From NCBI GenBank assembly GCA_963693365.1, contig CAVNZM010000003.1:14612922-14676642 (forward strand): a stretch of 63,721 nucleotides of DNA, read 5' to 3'. The notes under the pieces are model-generated. The model did no database searches and was not told the origin of the DNA. It saw only the letters and a program-made list of their open reading frames with translations. The DNA is from Amoebidium appalachense (lineage: Eukaryota; Protista; Ichthyosporea). The position numbers and the translations under genes are program-made. Positions 56,770-63,721 of this stretch are shown here, piece by piece; position 1 is the stretch's first letter, and the number at the start of each line of letters is the position of its first letter.

Positions 56770-57677
56770 ATATGTAGGAAGCTATTATCTCTTGGTTTAC
56801 ACACTGTCCCGGCAAAGTTTGGGAAATATGTGGGATCACTGCCCCTCGTGTGCATGCAGGGCGTATACTGTGTTTTCCACTGCGGCACGGCCACACAGTA
56901 GGCGAAGGGCACCCCAGGTTAGAAATAATACCAACATCAGAATTACAGGATGCTTACGCACCACTGTGTCACAGACAAACCTGATAAATCACACTAAACC
57001 GATGATGGCAGAAAGCCTACAGTGTCCGTCCGTGCACTTTATCGTCCACACACAAGGTTCCATGTACGAAAATTCTGCCGAAAATTTAGATCCCATTAAC
57101 GACCTGGATTCGGGGACATTCTTACAGCAAATAGGACAGCCCCCCCACCCCTTTTCGGTGCCCGTATTAGAGTTTACTTCAGGTCAAACTGCACGTGTCC
57201 CCCCCGCTCCCCCCCCCCCCCCCCTCCCCCCCTCCCCCCTCTCCCCCTTCCCCACTAAATGAAAGTTTAGCAACACACAACCATGAAATGCCTCAGGCTT
57301 CCCAAACCAACTGGAACAACATCACCAAGAAAACAAACAAGAAACATTTTCATGACTCATTGTTCTACTTTCACGAACCCTCCAGCCCCCCCCCCCCCCC
57401 CCCTCCCCCCCCCCCCTCCCCCCCCCCCCCCCCCCCCAAAACCCCTCCTCCCCCTCCCCCCCCCCAAAAGCCCCTCCCCCTTCCCCCCCCCCCCTTCCTC
57501 CTCCTCCCTCCCCTCCCCCTCCCTGCCGGCGGCATTGATTTGAATTTGCATGCGATTTAGCTTACTTACGCAACTGGCAACTTCACAGAAACGCTTGTGT
57601 GACATATCCTATGCACACACACACACGCAAGTACACACACACACACCGGCACACGCACACACACGCACGCATGCACG

Positions 57678-57735
<58 letters not shown>

Positions 57736-58056
57736 GTCACGCACGCACGCACGCACACAGGCATGACACACGCGCACACACTGTGACACATATGTACACA
57801 TGCACCGTCAGTTGAACACTGCTGCATGCTCCGCACACACCCCTTCCCTCGCCAACCACTGTCCGCCATTTCCTTGCCCAGTAAATCCTTTCCAGCTTGA
57901 TCCGCTCCTTCCCCCCCGTCCCCCCCCCCCCCCCCCCCACCCCTCCGGGGCTCCCCCCCCCTGCCCCTAATTAAATGGCTTCCCCCTCCCCCCCCCCCAC
58001 ACACACACACAGAACCGGCCCACCCGAGTCCCCGGACCTCACCTCGGGCCAACAAG

Positions 58057-58103
<47 letters not shown>

Positions 58104-58357
58104 CGCCGCCCCTCCCGGCCTGCCCCTCGGGGCCCCACCGGTATTCAATGAATTATGAAACGACGCAACTTTGGATCGAAGCTCTGCCACTGGCGCACTA
58201 TATCATAATAAGGGGTGGACACGGTCCAGGTGGATAGTAACAGCTGTGCTCAATTAGCAAACATGTACGTGAGCCTTGCATGCATATGCGCAGGCAGGCA
58301 GTACTCAGAGCCTCTGTATTAAATTTTTCTCATGCTTCAACTTAAATGCCGCGCCCC

Positions 58358-58401
<44 letters not shown>

Positions 58402-60006
58402 CCCCCCCCCCCCCGCCCCAACTCCCTCTAACTGCCTGGGTTCTGCTCTCTTTACATAACACACACATGTACCGTGGCACATACTCTCTCGCGACTCACT
58501 CACTCACTCTCTCTCACTCGGCTCTCTTAGAGTGTCCCCCTCTCCCTCTCTTTCTCTCCCTCAGTCTCTCCCTCTCTCCCTCCCTCTCTCTTTCTCCCTT
58601 CTCTCTTTCTCTCTCTCACTCTCTCTCCTGAAAATGAAACTCGGAAATGAAAGACGAAAACATACGAAGGAATACAAAACAAAGAAAAAATAATCAATCT
58701 ACAAAGGGCCTGTACCATGCGTACCACGATACGGTAGGAATCGATCGGGGCTCAAATTGTCGATCCCGGAAAAAAAAAACGTTAGTATCTCCACAATTAC
58801 GTATCCGTTAGCATAGTTTTTTTTTCTATGCATGGTGCCAAGACATGGATCTTGTTAGGTGGAAGTATTGTACTGTTGGCCTGGAAGTTAGAAACATGGA
58901 ATATTTTTATTTATTTAAATATTCCCCTCGGTGAGAATTCCCTCAGTGAGCAACTCTGACCATTAGGTTCCAACCAAGAATGGAACGCGTCCGTCATCAA
59001 CAAAGCCAACAAAAACTGATTAAGGGTTAGTATTTACTGCATTTAAACCAATGTTGAGATATTTAATCTTAAAAGCTTTGTAACATGAAATGACTATGTA
59101 GCAGGCGGCAGGCCATTTAAAATCCTTAAAACCATTATAATATAATCACCGGCTCTGTATCGGATACAAACAAGAATGGAACGCAGACTGGCAACACACG
59201 AGCACTCAGGAAATGATGATTCACTATCCCCCTCGACATGATTTCTTGTTGAATTTTGTTGGCCGTATTTATATGATTTTCACACAGTGTTCAGGTCACG
59301 CACTTGTTACTGAATAACTCGTGAAGTTTTTTTTTTTTTGAAAAAAAAAATTTTTTTTTTATTGCCTCCTAAGTATGCCGTGCATACTTGCATATCTTTC
59401 CGTTGAATAAATCCATTCAAAGAAAAAGACTTTCACAAAAACTTTTTTTTTTTTTATGATGACTTAATTGATATGCTCAGCAAAATAGAAGCCATCGAGA
59501 TATCACCCTTATCTCGGAGAAGAAAATACAAAAGCCCTCACTCTCGGATATGGAGGAGACAACGACTTAAATAATCATACACCCTAGAAAGCTCGTTGAA
59601 TGATTAGTTTGTAAATGTTTTTTCTTTGCAGGAGCATTGGACAGCACCGGAGACAGAGTAGCAGGACTCCGTGTGCGAGATATGCAGGTGATAGTGGTAG
59701 CGAAAATTCGGTGACGTACGTATGCTGGTATACGATTTGCAGTTTAGGTTTTAATTGGTGAAAGTATGTAGAGGAATGTGTTCCTGCATATGTAGACGTT
59801 TTGATTGGATTATAGTCATGAGGCGATCCCGCCCGCAATAGTTTTTGCATGCCGATGCTTTGGTTTGCTTTTGGCTGCTGTGTGCGTCTCAGTCGCTGTG
59901 CTCATTAGCATAGTGTAGGTAGGCCTCCTTAGGCTGCCTGTTTCGGTTTAAGTGGGTAGGACTCTTTAGGTTACTGCCTGTAGTCAAGTGTTTGCCCACC
60001 CACCCA

Positions 60007-60091
60007 CCCTTGCCTCATTAGGCTTTGAACCCTTGCCTCATTAGGCTTTGAACCCTTGCCTCATTAGGCTTGCCTCTTATAAGGCTTTGAA
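60007..60091. repeat. 23-bp tandem minisatellite (acccttgcctcattaggctttga)
   Basis: About 3.5 abutting copies with no spacers. Confidence 0.85.
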
Positions 60092-60558
60092 TTGCTCCTG
60101 TGGAGCACACGTGTGCCTGAGATCATAGGGTCAGCAGGCACCACCTCAAGTATCCCCGTGCTGGGGCTGGTAAAGGCGACGTTGGCAACAAACACAAAAC
60201 TTCACACATCTGAAAATTTTAAATTTGAGCCTGCAGTGTTGACTGTCTGGTTGTTAGGTTACAAAAAATATAAACCCAGGCACTTGAGTTGATCACAATA
60301 AAAAAAAAAAATATATATATATATATGTGTCTTTATATTATTGCACATAGACATTAGTGTGGATAACAGGTGTTAGCCGACCAGTTAGTGATGAAACAAA
60401 AAAGTAAACTCTAAATGTGGGGGGTTCCATATTACCAAAAAAGCCTGGGGGATCAACTGTATTCGCGGATAATTATAAAGAAAACACGGGGTTCGCCTCA
60501 GGTGTTGAGGGACACACAACACCAGTGACACCATACAATAGTTATTTGTGTGTGGAAA

Positions 60559-61425
60559 ATGGGCCCCTTCTCTGTTATCACCTCGCTTGCATGCATACTG
60601 GCCCTCGTCGGGGGTGCCCCGGCGCGCGAGGGGCGAAACAAACATCACATTCAGCAGGACGACAGACATTCAAGGAAGAGCTTAAGCTTGTCTGACTTCG
60701 AGGACCATGGGTGGGACACCTTTGACGGGCCGACGAGAAGCCAATTTGGTGGGGCTGATGATGGCTGGAACGTGGAAGCCAAAAATTTCGATTATTTTGA
60801 AAGCAAGCAGAAGGTGCACGTGCACTCTGACTCCGACGAGTTTAACAGCTACGTCAAGTCTCTGCTCGGTGACTCCGACGAGTTTAACATCTACGTCAAG
60901 TCTCTGCTCGGCGACGTGATCGAACTCCATGTTGTGCCCTTTTACACAATCCACAATATCAAGAGCTTCATTCACGACCTAGAGGGCATTCCTTCTAGCC
61001 AACAGGTTCTCGTCTTTTCCGGGGAGCAGCTGGAGGACGGTCGTACCCTTGCTGATTACAACATCCAGGATGGGGCAACGCTCCACCTGATGGTGCGTCA
61101 GCATCCTAGCAAGAAGCCACGGAGGCCAGGAATGAGCGTGGAAGCCAAAGAGAGAATTAACATCATCGTAAAAACCCTGACCGGCAAGATCATCCCCCTC
61201 TTAGTTGACGACAGCGACACGATTTACGATGTCAAAACGTTGATTCAGGACAAGGCGGTTACTCCCCCCGACCAGCAGCGTTTGTTCTTTGCTGGAAAGG
61301 AGCTAGAGGACAGTCATCGTCTAGTCGATTACAACATCCAGAACGGGGCAACCCTCAGCCTGGTGCTACCCATACGTGTTAGCAAAAAGTTCCAGAGGCC
61401 GGGCATACCAAGTGGTGGATGGTGA
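60559..61425 (+). CDS. Signal-peptide protein with two tandem ubiquitin-like domains, 288 aa
   Basis: Signal-like [22 protein letters not shown]. Domains [10 protein letters not shown]...[36 protein letters not shown] and [11 protein letters not shown]...[33 protein letters not shown]. Neither ends in LRGG. Intronless. Confidence 0.85.
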   Translation: MGPFSVITSLACILALVGGAPAREGRNKHHIQQDDRHSRKSLSLSDFEDHGWDTFDGPTRSQFGGADDGWNVEAKNFDYFESKQKVHVHSDSDEFNSYVKSLLGDSDEFNIYVKSLLGDVIELHVVPFYTIHNIKSFIHDLEGIPSSQQVLVFSGEQLEDGRTLADYNIQDGATLHLMVRQHPSKKPRRPGMSVEAKERINIIVKTLTGKIIPLLVDDSDTIYDVKTLIQDKAVTPPDQQRLFFAGKELEDSHRLVDYNIQNGATLSLVLPIRVSKKFQRPGIPSGGW

Positions 61426-62371
61426 TTATAATGGATGACGGTGCTTGCTACCACTCAGCAATTGGGCTGGATTTGTCGTGCGTCACAAAAACTGTGTGCT
61501 CTGGCTCTGGTTAAGATGCCTACACATGCTATCGCTGAAACATTGGACGTTTGGCACAAACATGTGCGCACGGCTGCTTGTGTCATTAACGTGGTTCGGC
61601 GCTCGGTGCTAATAGATGGACAACCAACTAAACACATATTGAGAATGGCTGCCTAGTAATTAATGGTCCATTAGGCTGAGAAGTGGGCCAGTGACATGGC
61701 TTTGTCTATTTAAAGAAATAAATATATCAATGAATCATTATTTAGCTTGGGTGTCAGACAGGGCAAGAAACGGATATATAATAATACAGTTGCGCATGCC
61801 ATAGGCACAATGAATTGGTCGCTGAGAAACAAAAAAAAAAATAGCTTCACCAGATATCCAACGAGAAATACCAAAACGGAAACTCTACCGTATGACTGCT
61901 AAAAGCTGCACGTATGGACTCAAGCACTGTTGGGGTCAACAATTGCTAAATTGTTAGACATGTAAGAATAAATTCATAGAAAATCCTATACGTTTTTCTA
62001 TTTAACAAATAGTCTATGATAGTGATGTAGAGATAATCAGGTAAATTTTCTTTTGGCTGTCGGCCCGGCAGCCTTGCAATTCTATGTGCTGGCGAAGCCT
62101 GCTACATGTTTCCGGTTAGACCAGACTATGCCTTACACAACGTTTGTTTCCTCTGGCCCATGTGTTCGAGTGTATAGTACATGTGTGTATGTGTGCTGGT
62201 ATGTGAAATATATATTTATTCTGCATCATTGTGGCGCTGTGGCTTGCTCTCCTACAGAAGGCGTGATGCTGCTGCCCCCCCCCCCCTCCCCCCCCCCCCC
62301 CCCCCCCCCCGCGTGCAGAAAAAAGAAAGAAAGAAAATAAGAAAACTGGCACACACCTTGCGCAAGGCGCG

Positions 62372-62415
<44 letters not shown>

Positions 62416-62417
62416 GT

Positions 62418-62475
<58 letters not shown>

Positions 62476-62621
62476 ACTGTACACAAACACACACAGGCAC
62501 CCGGCTCACGAGCATATACATGCATCCACTCACCCGCCAGCCCACTCCATCCCCCCCCACCTCACGTACACACACACATACACACACCACACGCACACGC
62601 ACACACACACACGCACGCACG

Positions 62622-62680
<59 letters not shown>

Positions 62681-63561
62681 GCGCGCGCGCACGCGCGCAC
62701 ACACACACACACATACACACACACATACCCACCGTATGCCACTGTACATGTACATGTCACAAGTTGAACAGGGCACCATGTGTAACAATGTCACGGAAGG
62801 TACCATAGTATACCATAAGGTACGATAGCTTGAAACTATCCATCACCCACAGACCACCACACGCACACAGAAAGCTACTGCACCACCGAAGCCCAAATCC
62901 CACACAAAGACACCCCCACAACTATACATAGCAAGCATGCACCACGTGTCGACACACACACAGACCCAGCCAGCCGTGCAAACACCGGCTGTTGGCACAA
63001 ACACAACCGCAAATCGTTACGTACAGACCAACCTTTATTCCAATCTAGTAGAAAATCACCACCGCCAACCCAAAACCACACCCATCCCTACCCTTAGCAC
63101 CACCATGTGCTTGGCATGTATTTTCGCCACAAGCATCCCACAAGTACTGACGCATCATCATAGTTCAACCAAGGAGAGTCCGTGTTTAAATTTTATGAGT
63201 AGCCTTTGATTGGAGGGGAAGCCTGGTGCTCCCCACTAGCGAGGCTGGGGTAAAAACCATGGGCTAAGTGTGTACCATATTAGTAGTTAGGATCGGTTTA
63301 GGATCGGTAAAGCCGTTTGTACATTGCTGAATGCACCATTAGCACCCCAGCCACATAGGGTACATTCGGTTTTTAGTGAACCGTGCTGCACTGGAAAATA
63401 AAGACCATGCAGTGTAAACCCTTTAGTGGAAGACAATGGTTACGATGAGGGGCCCCTAAAACAAAAGGGATACAGAAATAAAAAAACAAAAGAAATTAAT
63501 AAACTATCAACCTGCGGACTATGAAGTCACAATGGGTGGTGGTGGTTGTTTGTTGTTGTTG

Positions 63562-63592
<31 letters not shown>

Positions 63593-63654
63593 AAGGGGGG
63601 GGTCCTCAAAGGGATCGAGGGGGGGATCGAACCTAGAGGGATGTGTGTGTGTGT

Positions 63655-63694
<40 letters not shown>

Positions 63695-63721
63695 TCCCCA
63701 AGCCTTTTGTGGGCATTTTGT

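Noticed and set aside
60007-60091. CRISPR-like array
   Set aside because: The repeats abut with no unique spacers, there are no cas genes, and the context is eukaryotic.
61423-61630. Stop-codon reassignment or readthrough after the ubiquitin-like gene
   Set aside because: TAA, TAG and TGA all terminate other genes in this window, and a frameshift would also be required.

Overview
Eukaryotic nuclear DNA that is extremely rich in (CA/GT)n, (GA/CT)n and poly-G/poly-C tracts; nearly all short ORFs in the supplied track are translations of these repeats. Seven genes are supported by hand-spliced reading. (1) A 13-exon CDK9/12/13-family kinase (minus, 19105-4711). (2) A small secreted Asn/Asp-rich protein. 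(3) A 3-exon long-chain acyl-CoA synthetase. (4) A 2-exon aquaglyceroporin. (5) A 2-exon WS/DGAT. (6) A Cys-rich single-pass surface protein. (7) A signal-peptide protein with two ubiquitin-like domains. The first ~2 kb is a decayed mitochondrial insertion (two cox1 5' fragments), followed by a non-LTR RT fragment. Mobile DNA includes a full-length tRNA-derived SINE with a TSD, a TTAA-flanked MITE and a ~165-bp repeat bracketing the aquaporin. The most unusual signal is a structured ~450-nt non-coding repeat family. Its copies sit in poly-G/C tracts, share one poly(C)-adjacent end, are truncated at the other end and occur as greater-than-unit-length head-to-tail copies, suggesting a homopolymer-targeting retroposon possibly copied from a circular RNA. 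The organism cannot be fixed from the sequence; a unicellular opisthokont such as an ichthyosporean is only a guess. No database searches were run.
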